A stretch of DNA of 64,000 nt, taken from IMG/VR virus record IMGVR_UViG_3300001199_000006, positions 1 to 64,000 of that record, one strand, 5' to 3'. This document shows positions 17,438 to 26,180 of this stretch, one piece after another. The notes beneath the pieces are model-generated. The model saw nothing but the letters and a program-made list of their open reading frames with translations, did not search any database and had not been told where the DNA came from. The number at the start of each line of letters is the position of its first letter. The first letter of the stretch is position 1. A program made the translations under genes and the position numbers. Source of the stretch: a virus. Its lineage: Duplodnaviria > Caudoviricetes.

Positions 17438-17650
17438 TCAGGAAGTTCGACGCACTTCCCAGCGTTCGCAATCGTCCTGCGACAACTCGACCGGTGACTC
17501 GATCACTCCGAACGGGAACTCGCGCGTCTCGGGCAAGTCGAAGCGTGAGCACGTCGAATCCAAGTAGCCGCGCTTGACCCATGTCCAGGTGAAGCCGCGA
17601 GGCCAGCTCGTCGCCGTGGGCGGTCGGTACAGGAGGCCGTAGCGCGTCAC
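17438..17650 (-). CDS. DarA_C-like (defence against restriction A C-terminal) small protein
   Basis: YGLLYRPP...WPRGF...FGVIESPVELSQDDCERWEV resembles the recalled DarA_C pattern YG...RP.....PKG...yGvi.Y.r.L..ee...yEL. Confidence 0.45.
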   Translation of the reverse strand: MTRYGLLYRPPTATSWPRGFTWTWVKRGYLDSTCSRFDLPETREFPFGVIESPVELSQDDCERWEVRRTS

Positions 17651-18141
17651 CGCACGGCTCCCCCGCACGACGACTCGGTCACGACCACGGCGCTGCCCTT
17701 GGTGATGCGCGCGCGTTCGAGTCCCGGGATGTCCGAGGTCCACTGCCCGAGCGTGAAGTTCGGCAGCACCTCGCCGTCGATCTCAGGATGGTACCGGCGC
17801 TGTTCGGGCGCGAGCTGTGCCGCCAGATCCGCCGACATCCAGCCGATCACGAACCACTCGCCCTCGACGTCGTCGAACTGGTAGTGACGACCAAGCGAGC
17901 GCGTCGAGCCCGGGTTCCGGACGTACGACGGCGGGAGCGCACCGGACACGGCGAACCGCTCTTCGACCGACGCCCGCTCGCCGCGATCGTACGCCGGGCA
18001 CCCCGGCGACACCGGGCGCGTCAACTTGTAGCGCACGGCCGGATAGACCGTGCGGCCGATCGCGAGGTCGAAGACCCCGAGGATCTCGACCTCGGGGATG
18101 CGGCGCAGATAGGTGAGCAGCGCGTGGTGGTACGGGTTCAT
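17647..18141 (-). CDS. Hypothetical protein
   Basis: Start placed at MNPYHH (18141) from the promoter position; 18153 and 18249 are alternatives. Confidence 0.6.
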   Translation of the reverse strand: MNPYHHALLTYLRRIPEVEILGVFDLAIGRTVYPAVRYKLTRPVSPGCPAYDRGERASVEERFAVSGALPPSYVRNPGSTRSLGRHYQFDDVEGEWFVIGWMSADLAAQLAPEQRRYHPEIDGEVLPNFTLGQWTSDIPGLERARITKGSAVVVTESSCGGAVR

Positions 18142-18149
18142 GGCGTGGT

Positions 18150-18178
18150 TCATCGACGAAGAAGGATGCGGCACTTGA
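18150..18178 (-). promoter_or_regulatory. TCAAG-N16-GTCGATGA promoter
   Basis: 8 nt upstream of ATG 18141. Confidence 0.6.
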
Positions 18179-18248
18179 GCTATAGCGGGGCAAGACAGTT
18201 CCGGCACTTGGCAGGCGCGCCGTCGTGCTCGGATGTCAGTGGGCGGCA

Positions 18249-18422
18249 TCATCGAATCCGCTCGCGGAACTCGGTGACCGCGCGCCCCAGCGCGTAGCCC
18301 GCGCGCCCGACGACGTGCGGCGGGACCGTCGTCCAGGCCATCAGCACGTCCGTGCGACCTGTGCGGAACCACAGCGCGAAGGACTGCGACACGTTGACCG
18401 GGTTCAGGTACTTGCGGTTCAT
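18249..18422 (-). CDS. 57-aa hypothetical protein
   Basis: MNRKYLNPVNVSQSFALWFRTG...; ATGA overlap with the upstream gene. Confidence 0.5.
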   Translation of the reverse strand: MNRKYLNPVNVSQSFALWFRTGRTDVLMAWTTVPPHVVGRAGYALGRAVTEFRERIR

Positions 18423-18721
18423 GCCGCCGCCTCGATCGGGAACGCGCCGTTGTTGGTGCTGAACTCGCGGATCGGCCAGCCCTTCGCGTTGGTCACGCGC
18501 GGGACGACGATCTCACGTCCCTCCGCGTACGCGATCTCACCCGAGCCCGCGTACGTCAGGGCCTTGCCCAAGCGCACGCGCAGGCTTGACCCGTTGACGC
18601 GCACGACCTCGGCCTGCGCGACGTAGTGGCGGTGGCTGTGCGTCCACCGCGCCTCGACGATCTGCCCGGGCTGGAGCGCGGACTCGAACGTGATCTGTTC
18701 CAGGAACCAGTTGTCGTTCAT
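18419..18721 (-). CDS. Hypothetical protein (leaderless start)
   Basis: MNDNWFLEQITF...; ATG 7 nt after the promoter -10. Confidence 0.65.
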   Translation of the reverse strand: MNDNWFLEQITFESALQPGQIVEARWTHSHRHYVAQAEVVRVNGSSLRVRLGKALTYAGSGEIAYAEGREIVVPRVTNAKGWPIREFSTNNGAFPIEAAA

Positions 18722-18728
18722 GGGCGAG

Positions 18729-18757
18729 CTATCGGCTGACCTTGGCGTCGGGCTTGA
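18729..18757 (-). promoter_or_regulatory. TCAAG-N16-GCCGATAG promoter
   Basis: 7 nt upstream of ATG 18721. Confidence 0.75.
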
Positions 18758-18962
18758 GCCTTTCCGCCCACCAAAGTCCCATCGAGCCCCGCACCTCGTA
18801 CCACAGCCGCACGCGGTCGCCGACGGCCCCATCGCGGAGCCCGTCCCAGCCTGCACGAAGAAAATGCACGGTGCCGTCGTCGCACAGGACGCGCTGGAAG
18901 CCGTCGGCCCGTACCTCGGTGATCGCTCCGTCCTTCGTCATCGCGTCTTCCTCTTCATGCAC
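18729..18962 (-). CDS. Small OB/cold-shock-like hypothetical protein
   Basis: Beta-rich 77-aa ORF coupled to the methyltransferase gene. Confidence 0.5.
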   Translation of the reverse strand: MHEEEDAMTKDGAITEVRADGFQRVLCDDGTVHFLRAGWDGLRDGAVGDRVRLWYEVRGSMGLWWAERLKPDAKVSR

Positions 18963-20460
18963 TCTCTCCTGGTTTGCGCACCTTGACCATGATGGTCGAG
19001 ACCCCGGTCCCCGCCTCCTCGAACGCGCCGTCCGGGAGTTTCTCGATCTCGGCCTTGTGCTCGGCCAGGAACTTCGTGAGCACGCCGTAGCGGCCGTCCC
19101 GGCGCGTCGCGGCGCTCGCCGACATCACCGAGACCAGCACGCCGCCCGGCTTCACGAAGCGCCAGGCGCGGAGAACGTGCTCGACCTCCTGCGCGCCAGC
19201 GAACGGCGGGTTCATCACGACGGCGTCGTAGGACCCGAACTCCACGGGCAAGGCGGTGAAGAAGTCCAAGGGCAGGACCGTCACGCCGGGCTCGCCCTCT
19301 TGCTCGACACGCCGCGCCAGGTGTCCGAGCATCTCGATCCCGTGCGGATCGTTCTCGACCGCCGTGATGTCGCGGACCCGAGCGCGCAAGAGCGCGCGCA
19401 CGATCGCGCCCTCCCCGGCCGAGGGCTCCAGGACGCGCGAGTGTGTGTCGAGGTGGGCGGCTTCGACCAGCTTGTCCGCGACCTCGGCGGGTGTGTAGAA
19501 GGCTTGACGCGCCTGCTTCTCGGTCCGGGCCAATGCGAAGGTCGTCGGACGCCGTGCTTCCTGCGCCTGCTTCTCGGCCGCAGCCCCGCGCGGCGGCGGG
19601 AGCGCGCCCGGGTAGCGCCGCGCCATGATGAGGTTCATAGCATCGACGTGCTCGGGGTTGGTGATGCGGACGTGCGTCGTGCCGACTCGGAATATCTTGA
19701 TCCGCATCAGTGGCTCGGCGTCGGGGCCGAGCGGGCTCGGGACGTCGATCCACTTCCCGAACGGGATGGGCCCAAGCCATCGCAGCCCGACGCCGTGCCC
19801 GGACGGCGGGAGCCCCGCGAGCAGGCAGAGCACGCGTTCGAGGTCGTGCAGGCTCTCGTGACTGGACAGCGAAGCCGTGTCACCTTGGAGCGAGCGCGGG
19901 TGCAGGTAGAACGCGTGGTTCACGATGAGCTTCTCGCCGATGCGCGTGGGCTCGTTCGTGCGGTGTTCCCAGGAGAGCGAGCGATAGACGGCCTCGACGC
20001 AGCGCTCGAAGTATTCACCACGCTGGGCGTGTACGGCCGCGATCGTGGCCTCGATGTTCTCTCGCGTCAGCGCGGGCAAGTCGGCGGGCGCGTGCTTGGT
20101 GAACCGCGCGAAGCCCCTGGACCGGTGCAGTTGCTCGAACAGTTCACCGCGCGTCTTGTGGTCCATGATCGTGTCGATCTGCGTCAACACGTACAGGCGG
20201 AGCCAGAAGTGACGGTCGATCTCCTGCTCGATCGCCGTGGCGTTGCGCGGGTCCTGGATGTCGGCGGGGTTCCCGTCGGGGAAGTGAACGCTGACACGCG
20301 GCAGCTCGACTCCGAACACGCCGACCTGCTCCTTGGCTTGGTCGAGTAGTCGCACCGACTCCTTGAAGGCCGCTTGCGCCGCGTCGCGCGCGGCGAGCAG
20401 GGCCTCGATGCTGACGGCCGAGATGATGGACGCGGCTCCGGGTGCTTGTGCAGTGGTCAT
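18955..20460 (-). CDS. DUF4942-domain + class I SAM-dependent (N6-adenine-type) DNA methyltransferase
   Basis: N-terminal ...EYFERCVEAVYRSLSWEHRTNEPTRIGEKLIV...; C-terminal AFYTP, VLEPSAGEG, AVVMNPPF. Confidence 0.8.
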   Translation of the reverse strand: MTTAQAPGAASIISAVSIEALLAARDAAQAAFKESVRLLDQAKEQVGVFGVELPRVSVHFPDGNPADIQDPRNATAIEQEIDRHFWLRLYVLTQIDTIMDHKTRGELFEQLHRSRGFARFTKHAPADLPALTRENIEATIAAVHAQRGEYFERCVEAVYRSLSWEHRTNEPTRIGEKLIVNHAFYLHPRSLQGDTASLSSHESLHDLERVLCLLAGLPPSGHGVGLRWLGPIPFGKWIDVPSPLGPDAEPLMRIKIFRVGTTHVRITNPEHVDAMNLIMARRYPGALPPPRGAAAEKQAQEARRPTTFALARTEKQARQAFYTPAEVADKLVEAAHLDTHSRVLEPSAGEGAIVRALLRARVRDITAVENDPHGIEMLGHLARRVEQEGEPGVTVLPLDFFTALPVEFGSYDAVVMNPPFAGAQEVEHVLRAWRFVKPGGVLVSVMSASAATRRDGRYGVLTKFLAEHKAEIEKLPDGAFEEAGTGVSTIMVKVRKPGESA

Positions 20461-20657
20461 GCAGGCTCTTTCGGCTCCTCGGGCGCTTCGACTTGAGTCC
20501 GACGGTTCGGGCAGTCCAGGCTGGTGTGGACTCTGAACGAGTAGCCGAAGCAGTCGCAGTCGGCCTCGACCACGCGTCCGCCGTCGCTCCAGCGCGTGAC
20601 CTTGACGCGCACGCCGTTGCGCCGCGTCACCTCCACCGAGACGGGTTTGCGCTTCAC
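20457..20657 (-). CDS. Small hypothetical protein
   Basis: GTGA-coupled; VKRKPVSVEV...CDCFGYSFRVHTSLDC. Confidence 0.5.
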   Translation of the reverse strand: MKRKPVSVEVTRRNGVRVKVTRWSDGGRVVEADCDCFGYSFRVHTSLDCPNRRTQVEAPEEPKEPA

Positions 20658-21043
20658 CCGGATTCCTTCGGACGATGGCACACGCAAGCGCAACCTTGGC
20701 AGTGCGCGTGATCCGCGTCCAGACAACGTAGGCTCTTGCCGTACTTGTCGTCGCGTCGCTCCGCGTCCCGCGCCTCCTTCTCCGCTAACCGCCGTCGAGC
20801 GCGCTCCAGCTCGGCAGCCTGCTGCTCCAACGGCACGGGCGGGTCGCCCGCTCCGCCTGCCATCGCAAGTGCGTAGTACGCCGCGTGCGTCTTGTTGCAG
20901 AAGCGGCCCGCGTATCCGTACCCCATGAACACGGTGAGTTCAGGCGCGCGCCCACCGCTGTAACGCCGATAGAAGCTCGGTGTGAGCTTCTTCTTGCAGA
21001 AGCGACAGCGAGGGCGCGCCTGCATCAGAGCCTTGTGCTTCAC
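20654..21043 (-). CDS. Cys/His-rich hypothetical protein
   Basis: CRFCKKK...RFCNKTHA...CLDADHAHCQGCACVCH; GTGA-coupled. Confidence 0.55.
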   Translation of the reverse strand: MKHKALMQARPRCRFCKKKLTPSFYRRYSGGRAPELTVFMGYGYAGRFCNKTHAAYYALAMAGGAGDPPVPLEQQAAELERARRRLAEKEARDAERRDDKYGKSLRCLDADHAHCQGCACVCHRPKESG

Positions 21044-22302
21044 TTCGCCACCTCCGCGACCCGCGTCACCACGGTCGTCTTGAGGCCCTTGAACTCTTCG
21101 TGCTTCTTGACCGTCGCCTTGACCCGGCGCTCTTCGCCGATCTGCCACGCGCCCGGACCGTACGTGGGATCGTTCGACGCCCACCACACCAGCGTCGCGC
21201 CTTCGAGGTCGAACTCGCAGCGGTGCGTCGTACCGTAGTAGCCCTCGATCGCCCGGTGCGCGACCAGCTTGAGCGTCAGGATATCGCGCTTGCCAACCTC
21301 CCCGACGAACCGCGAGGACTTCGCCTTGCGCTCGCGCTCGCGCAGCCGCTCTTGCTCGCGGCGGTACGAGGCGATCAGGCTCACGGTGAGGCCGAGCTTG
21401 TCGTACCCGACCACTTCGCGGCTCGCGATCACCTTGAGGTTGAGCGGGTAGTCCTCGACGCCCTCGTACGCCCGCGCCCACTCGATCGCAGCGCGCGCTT
21501 CCGTCGCGAGCGCTTCGGTGAACCGCGTGCGGATCCGCGTACGCTCCTCGATCTCGCTGGGTTGGGGACGAGACGGCGGGAAGAGGAAGCGCACGACCTG
21601 ATCGGCCGTGGCCCCGGTGCCCTCTGCGTTCGCACGCGCCCGACTCGTCCAGCCGTACTCGTCGATGAAGGCCCCGGCGATCGTCACGATCTCGACCACG
21701 TCGATCGTCACGCGACCGCGCTGGAACCCCTCGTAGCCGAAGTCCTCTTCGTCCATCGAGAGCCCGCCGAGCGGGTCCCCGAGGAAGGTGACGAGCGCGA
21801 GCAGCGCTTCGGGCGAGAAGGCGCTGACCCCGAGGAAGTCGGCCAGGCAGTTCCGACCGACCTGCTGCACGCGGCCGTCCTCGGCCACCACGACGAACGT
21901 GTCCTTGCGCCCGCGCGCCGTGTGGCAGTGATCGCAGATCGTCCCGCGCTCGCGCTGCCCGGCGGGCAACTCGTGCCCCGGCACGTTCTTGACGATCGGC
22001 AGGCCCTCCGCGTGGTTCACCACGGCGACCAGGGTCCAGCCGCCCGGGAGCACCGGGATCGAGCCCTCGATCTCGACCTGCACGAACCGCGCCTTGGTCT
22101 CGATGACGCGCGGCGGAGTCGTGTCGAAGACCTGCCGACGATGCACGACCCGATCTTCCTCCGCCCCTCGGCGGTAGACGATCGGGTTCACGCCCAGCTT
22201 GCGGGCCTGCTTGTTCACGCGATCCAGTCGCTCGACCAGATCGGGCAGGCGGCTCTCCGGAGCCCAGCCCTGCACCTTGATGACTTGGTGGGTCACGCTC
22301 AT
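21040..22302 (-). CDS. Conserved phage protein with Zn motif and C-terminal OB-like domain
   Basis: CDHCHTARGRKDTFVV...QVGRNCLADFLG; C-terminal FVGEVGKRDILTLKLV. Confidence 0.75.
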   Translation of the reverse strand: MSVTHQVIKVQGWAPESRLPDLVERLDRVNKQARKLGVNPIVYRRGAEEDRVVHRRQVFDTTPPRVIETKARFVQVEIEGSIPVLPGGWTLVAVVNHAEGLPIVKNVPGHELPAGQRERGTICDHCHTARGRKDTFVVVAEDGRVQQVGRNCLADFLGVSAFSPEALLALVTFLGDPLGGLSMDEEDFGYEGFQRGRVTIDVVEIVTIAGAFIDEYGWTSRARANAEGTGATADQVVRFLFPPSRPQPSEIEERTRIRTRFTEALATEARAAIEWARAYEGVEDYPLNLKVIASREVVGYDKLGLTVSLIASYRREQERLRERERKAKSSRFVGEVGKRDILTLKLVAHRAIEGYYGTTHRCEFDLEGATLVWWASNDPTYGPGAWQIGEERRVKATVKKHEEFKGLKTTVVTRVAEVAK

Positions 22303-22309
22303 GCCCGCC

Positions 22310-22338
22310 TCTTCGGCAAGCGTACCGCCCGAGCTTGA
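22310..22338 (-). promoter_or_regulatory. TCAAG-N16-GCCGAAGA promoter
   Basis: 7 nt upstream of ATG 22302. Confidence 0.75.
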
Positions 22339-22361
22339 GCGAATCCGGGTGGAAAGCGTTT

Positions 22362-23624
22362 CTAGGGCGGGAAGATCGAGTTGAGCCAGGCCCGATGCAA
22401 CTCGATCTCGTACTGGATCGAGGGGTCAGTGGAGTCGATCAGGTCCACGAGTTCGAGCGGATCTGACACGGTGTCAAAGAACCACTCCTGCACGGACGGG
22501 ACACTCGTCGGCGTCCCGGTGCGCCGGAACTTGTACCGTGGCGAGACGGCCGCGATGTCGGCGGGGAGCGGATTGTCTCCGCGCGTCCCGCACACCACGT
22601 AGCTGTGGATCTGCTGGGCTTGGCCCAGGGCCAAGGGCATGAGCGACATCGAAGGGCTCGACAGCGGAACGGTCCGCCCGTACCGCTCCGCGATCGTCGC
22701 GTAGATGTCCACGGCATGCACGAGCGCGGGGCTCGTCTGTCCCGACGGGATACCTGCACCGGCCACGATCAGCGGCACGTCGATGCCCCGCCAGAACGTC
22801 GTGGTCTTGGCGCGCTGCGTGCCCGCGACGTCGCGAGGCGTGCCGTTGTCGCCGATGATGATGAGCAAGTCGTCCGGCGTCAGCAGCGGGAGCATCGCCC
22901 CGACTTGCGTGTCGAGCGCGACGATCATAGCCTCGTACTTGTCGCGATCGGTCGGCGTGTCAGGGTAGCCGTTGGGCAGCCACAGTGCGTCGGGCCGGTG
23001 GAACGGGTCATGCGCGAGCTGGGCCGAATAGACCGCGAGCTTCGGTCCCGGCGTGCTCGTCCACCAGTAGTACCAGCGCGTGAACATCACGGTCGGTTGG
23101 TACTTGTTCGACGTGCTCTGCACGCCGTCCTCGACTCGCACCCAATCCCAATACGAAGTCCCGCCGCAGGTCGTGACGTTCCCGCCCGGGATCACGCCGC
23201 GATAGACCGAGTACCCGTGCTCACCGGGCGCGCGCTGCCAGTCGTTCAAGCTGTTGGGGTTCGCGCCCTCGTGCCACTTGCCGAAGAAGCCCGGTGACAC
23301 GCCGACCGGCGACACCAGATCGGCGAGCGAGATGAGCGACGACGGCGGTGTGCGGTTCGTCGGGATGTAACAGACCTTGTCGGTCGGAGCGACGCGCCAT
23401 CCGCCGAAGTCGATCGCGTACCGCGTCGGCATGCACGTCGGCGACGCCTTTGCGTTGGTGAACTTGATCCCGTAGTCCGCGACCCTCTTGATGTTCGGGC
23501 AGCGCCCATCCGCCATCAGCTCTTCGAGGTCGATCTCACCGACGTCGTCGAGGATGAACACGATCGTGTCTTGCGCGCGCAACGTCGGCGCGAGCAACAA
23601 CAGCAAGGTCAGCAGCATCTTCAT
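22362..23624 (-). CDS. Exported formylglycine-dependent sulfatase
   Basis: Signal peptide; IVFILDDVG, SPTCMPTR (CxPxR), GKWH, AHDPFH, IGDNG. Confidence 0.88.
   Translation of the reverse strand: MKMLLTLLLLLAPTLRAQDTIVFILDDVGEIDLEELMADGRCPNIKRVADYGIKFTNAKASPTCMPTRYAIDFGGWRVAPTDKVCYIPTNRTPPSSLISLADLVSPVGVSPGFFGKWHEGANPNSLNDWQRAPGEHGYSVYRGVIPGGNVTTCGGTSYWDWVRVEDGVQSTSNKYQPTVMFTRWYYWWTSTPGPKLAVYSAQLAHDPFHRPDALWLPNGYPDTPTDRDKYEAMIVALDTQVGAMLPLLTPDDLLIIIGDNGTPRDVAGTQRAKTTTFWRGIDVPLIVAGAGIPSGQTSPALVHAVDIYATIAERYGRTVPLSSPSMSLMPLALGQAQQIHSYVVCGTRGDNPLPADIAAVSPRYKFRRTGTPTSVPSVQEWFFDTVSDPLELVDLIDSTDPSIQYEIELHRAWLNSIFPP
22464..22476. repeat. Palindrome TGACAC-G-GTGTCA, copy 4
   Basis: Inside the 3' end of the sulfatase gene. 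Confidence 0.85.
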
Positions 23625-23627
23625 GGG

Positions 23628-24005
23628 TCAAGCCTTTCGTTTGGGTCTCCTCTTTGATTCCAGCTCGGCGTGGAGGTCAACCCACCCGTCGAGATCGTCC
23701 GGAACCGGTGCAGACAAATCCATCGCGTCGGGGTTCAGAGTCCCGAGTCGCATGCAGATCCGCGCGTGCTGATTGTAGTCCAGAATGTCGGACTTGAGCA
23801 TCACGATGACCGCGCCAGCGCACCAGCGAGCCCGTTGACCGACGACGGGCTCACCGTCACCGGCGTAGTCCACGGTCTCGTGGCAAGGGAACATCGCCCC
23901 GCGCTCCAGTGACTCCGCGATCTCCTGGACTCGCGCGTGCCGCAGGTAGGGTGTGATGTCGGTACGGAACGGGCAACGCGCGCACGGACGTTTCGGCTTG
24001 GTCAT
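23628..24005 (-). CDS. Cys-rich phage protein (DUF6283-like)
   Basis: PCARCPFR...FPCHET...WCAG. Confidence 0.55.
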   Translation of the reverse strand: MTKPKRPCARCPFRTDITPYLRHARVQEIAESLERGAMFPCHETVDYAGDGEPVVGQRARWCAGAVIVMLKSDILDYNQHARICMRLGTLNPDAMDLSAPVPDDLDGWVDLHAELESKRRPKRKA

Positions 24006-24011
24006 AGAAGC

Positions 24012-24260
24012 TCACGCCTTCCTTTTCGCTTTCACTTTCGCCTTGGCCTCGACCGCGCGTTCAGGGTTCACCGCCGTCACGCCCTTGCCTACGCGATCAA
24101 CGCGCCAGTACCACCCGGGCAGCTCGAACACAACCGCGCGGATCTTGCGCATGTGCGCGTCGCCGCACGCGTCGGCCCACCACAAGTCACGCTTGCGCCT
24201 GATCTCGCGATGGATCAGCGACAGCTTCGCGGGTGCGCGGCAGATCAGGCACTCGGACAC
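24012..24260 (-). CDS. Small hypothetical protein
   Basis: ORF in a coupled run of small genes. Confidence 0.5.
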   Translation of the reverse strand: MSECLICRAPAKLSLIHREIRRKRDLWWADACGDAHMRKIRAVVFELPGWYWRVDRVGKGVTAVNPERAVEAKAKVKAKRKA

Positions 24261-24454
24261 GGCGGCATCTCCACGTTCCAGCGTTTCGCGAAGCGGCGCG
24301 CGCCGCGCTCGTCAGTGTCGTAGGTGTACCGCGTCGGCCACCGCAAGCGACTCCCCTTGATGTACCGATCGACCGTCCAGGACAAGCGGTAGTGCTGGGA
24401 CGAGAACCGCTGAATGCGATGGCTGGTCGAGCGTTGCGGACGGTAGCGACTCAC
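24245..24454 (-). CDS. Small hypothetical protein
   Basis: GTGA-coupled. Confidence 0.5.
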   Translation of the reverse strand: MSRYRPQRSTSHRIQRFSSQHYRLSWTVDRYIKGSRLRWPTRYTYDTDERGARRFAKRWNVEMPPCPSA

Positions 24455-24819
24455 GGTTTCCCCTCGGCGGCGAGCTGCTGCCTGATCCGCTCCAAGTGCT
24501 CCGACGCTTGCTGCATCGACGCCTTTGCGCGGTCTAGCCGTGCCGTCCAGAACTCCGTGCTCGCGTGCAGCGCCTCGATCAGCGTGTCATATCCATTCGA
24601 GGGAGGCGTCGGATCCGAGCGGCGCGCGTGGAACCGTTCGCCGCATTCGCCGTACGGGCTGCCGCCCACGTACTCCCCGAAGACCTGCCACTCACGCACA
24701 AAGTCCGCACCCTCAGATTTCGGGTACAGCCTGCTCCAGGGGGTGAACTCGTGCCACACGTAGCGGGTCTTGACGACAAGGCCGTCGCGGACGAGAAACC
24801 GAACAACTTCGTTGGTCAT
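24451..24819 (-). CDS. Hypothetical protein
   Basis: ATGA-coupled, SD GGAGG. Confidence 0.6.
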   Translation of the reverse strand: MTNEVVRFLVRDGLVVKTRYVWHEFTPWSRLYPKSEGADFVREWQVFGEYVGGSPYGECGERFHARRSDPTPPSNGYDTLIEALHASTEFWTARLDRAKASMQQASEHLERIRQQLAAEGKP

Positions 24820-25193
24820 GCTGTCGGGTCCTCCAGTTCAGGCGGGATCTGGATCCCGAGCAGCTTGGCGACCTTGACGTAGACCTCGTCGTCCATGTTC
24901 CAGAGATTCATCCGCGACGACAGCTCGCCCCGCGTCTCGTACCGGAACACGTCCAGATCGACTTCACGCTGCGTGAACGCCCAGTCGCGATGCGGCCCCG
25001 TCTTCGGGACCTTGGCCGGGTGTCTGTCGTGCGCGTGCGCCGCGACGATCCAACTCCGTGAGGTCTCCCCCGTGATCGTGCGCGGTACCCACTGTGCTTT
25101 GCGAATCAGCACGCCACCGAACGGCTTGCCCGGCACCTTCGTGTAGACGCGGCGGTTCGCGTCGAACTGCCAGATCGTGTCCCCGACCTTCAC
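24816..25193 (-). CDS. Hypothetical protein
   Basis: VKVGDTIWQFDANRRVY...; GTGA-coupled. Confidence 0.6.
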   Translation of the reverse strand: MKVGDTIWQFDANRRVYTKVPGKPFGGVLIRKAQWVPRTITGETSRSWIVAAHAHDRHPAKVPKTGPHRDWAFTQREVDLDVFRYETRGELSSRMNLWNMDDEVYVKVAKLLGIQIPPELEDPTA

Positions 25194-25360
25194 CCGGCCC
25201 TCCGCTTCCCGTACACGGCCTCGATCTCGGCCATGATGCGCTTCCGCCGCTCTTCGAGCGTCTCGGCGCGCGTGACGAGTCCCTGACGCCGCGCCGCGTC
25301 CTTGAAGCGACGCGCGAGGTCGTGCTCCAGTTCCTTGCGGGTCTTGTAGTAGTGAGTCAT
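25190..25360 (-). CDS. Small helical protein
   Basis: MTHYYKTRKELE...; downstream of the promoter at 25383-25411. Confidence 0.55.
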   Translation of the reverse strand: MTHYYKTRKELEHDLARRFKDAARRQGLVTRAETLEERRKRIMAEIEAVYGKRRAG

Positions 25361-25977
25361 CGAGCCCTGCTCCTTCGCCCCTTCTTCGTCTCGGGCACGG
25401 CCCAACCTTGAGGGAACTCGGGGCATTCCTCACCGGTCGGCCTTGCCGGTGCGGCGGCGAGAACCGCGTCGGCCAAGTGCTTGTGCATCGTAGCGGGATC
25501 GAGCCCTTCGGCGAGGCAGCGACGCGTGTATTCGGCGGCGACGCGCGCCTGCCACGCCATCACGGCGTCGGCGCAGCGCTTGAGCCGCGCCGCTTCCTCG
25601 ATCGTGGCAGGGTGCTCGAAGTGCCGCTTCCAGCAGGCCGGGCAGTTGACCGTGTAGGACCCGCCTTGGGGGTCGCTGCGCGAGATCCAGGTGCGGCCGT
25701 GCTGGCAGCGCGGGTTCGAGCAGTCGTGGAACCACACGTACGTCTGGCGGTCCCTGCGCCAGCTCGGGGCGTGAGGCGGGTGTGACCAGACTTCGGCCCC
25801 GCTAGCTTCGCGCTTGCCCGTGTCGAACGCCGGGCCACCCTCGCAGCCGTAGCACAGACCGGTGAAGGTCCCGGCGTACCGCTCCGCCGGGTGCCCGCCG
25901 TCGGCGTCGAGCCCCTTGCCGCAGCCGCGACACTTGATCTCGCCGGGCGCGCCGAGCATGCCGTCGCGGTCCATCAC
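25357..25977 (-). CDS. Multi-zinc-finger hypothetical protein
   Basis: CRGC, CYGC, CSNPRC, CPAC pairs. Confidence 0.6.
   Translation of the reverse strand: MMDRDGMLGAPGEIKCRGCGKGLDADGGHPAERYAGTFTGLCYGCEGGPAFDTGKREASGAEVWSHPPHAPSWRRDRQTYVWFHDCSNPRCQHGRTWISRSDPQGGSYTVNCPACWKRHFEHPATIEEAARLKRCADAVMAWQARVAAEYTRRCLAEGLDPATMHKHLADAVLAAAPARPTGEECPEFPQGWAVPETKKGRRSRAR
25383..25411 (-). promoter_or_regulatory. TCAAG-N16-GACGAAGA promoter
   Basis: 22 nt upstream of ATG 25360, with AAGGAG in the leader. Confidence 0.55.
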
Positions 25978-26180
25978 GCGCCCTCCTTGAGCTTGGCGAT
26001 CGCGACGGCGACCGCGACCAGCTCACCCGGATATTCGCGCGGGTCGGCCCCGTTCACGAGTTCCTGCACCCCCGTGCAGACCTCGAAGGTCTCTTCGTCG
26101 ATGAGTATCTTGCCGCTCTCAACGACGGCGAGTCGCCAGTAGCCCGAGAGCGGGATCTGCTCCGCACGTACGAACAGCAT
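25974..26180 (-). CDS. Small hypothetical protein
   Basis: MLFVRAEQIP...; TGATG overlap. Confidence 0.55.
   Translation of the reverse strand: MLFVRAEQIPLSGYWRLAVVESGKILIDEETFEVCTGVQELVNGADPREYPGELVAVAVAIAKLKEGA

Noticed and set aside
18742-20349. Long plus-strand ORFs (also 21100-22338, 36169-38373, 47920-49731, 13333-14607)
   Set aside because: They are antisense shadows of real minus-strand genes. High GC3 suppresses stops, and the translations are Arg/Gly/His-rich with no motifs.
20665-20699. Additional TCAAG-family promoter before the 20657 gene (TCCGAAGG 7 nt before GTG)
   Set aside because: No matching -35 at 16 nt, and the gene is already translationally coupled to its upstream neighbour.
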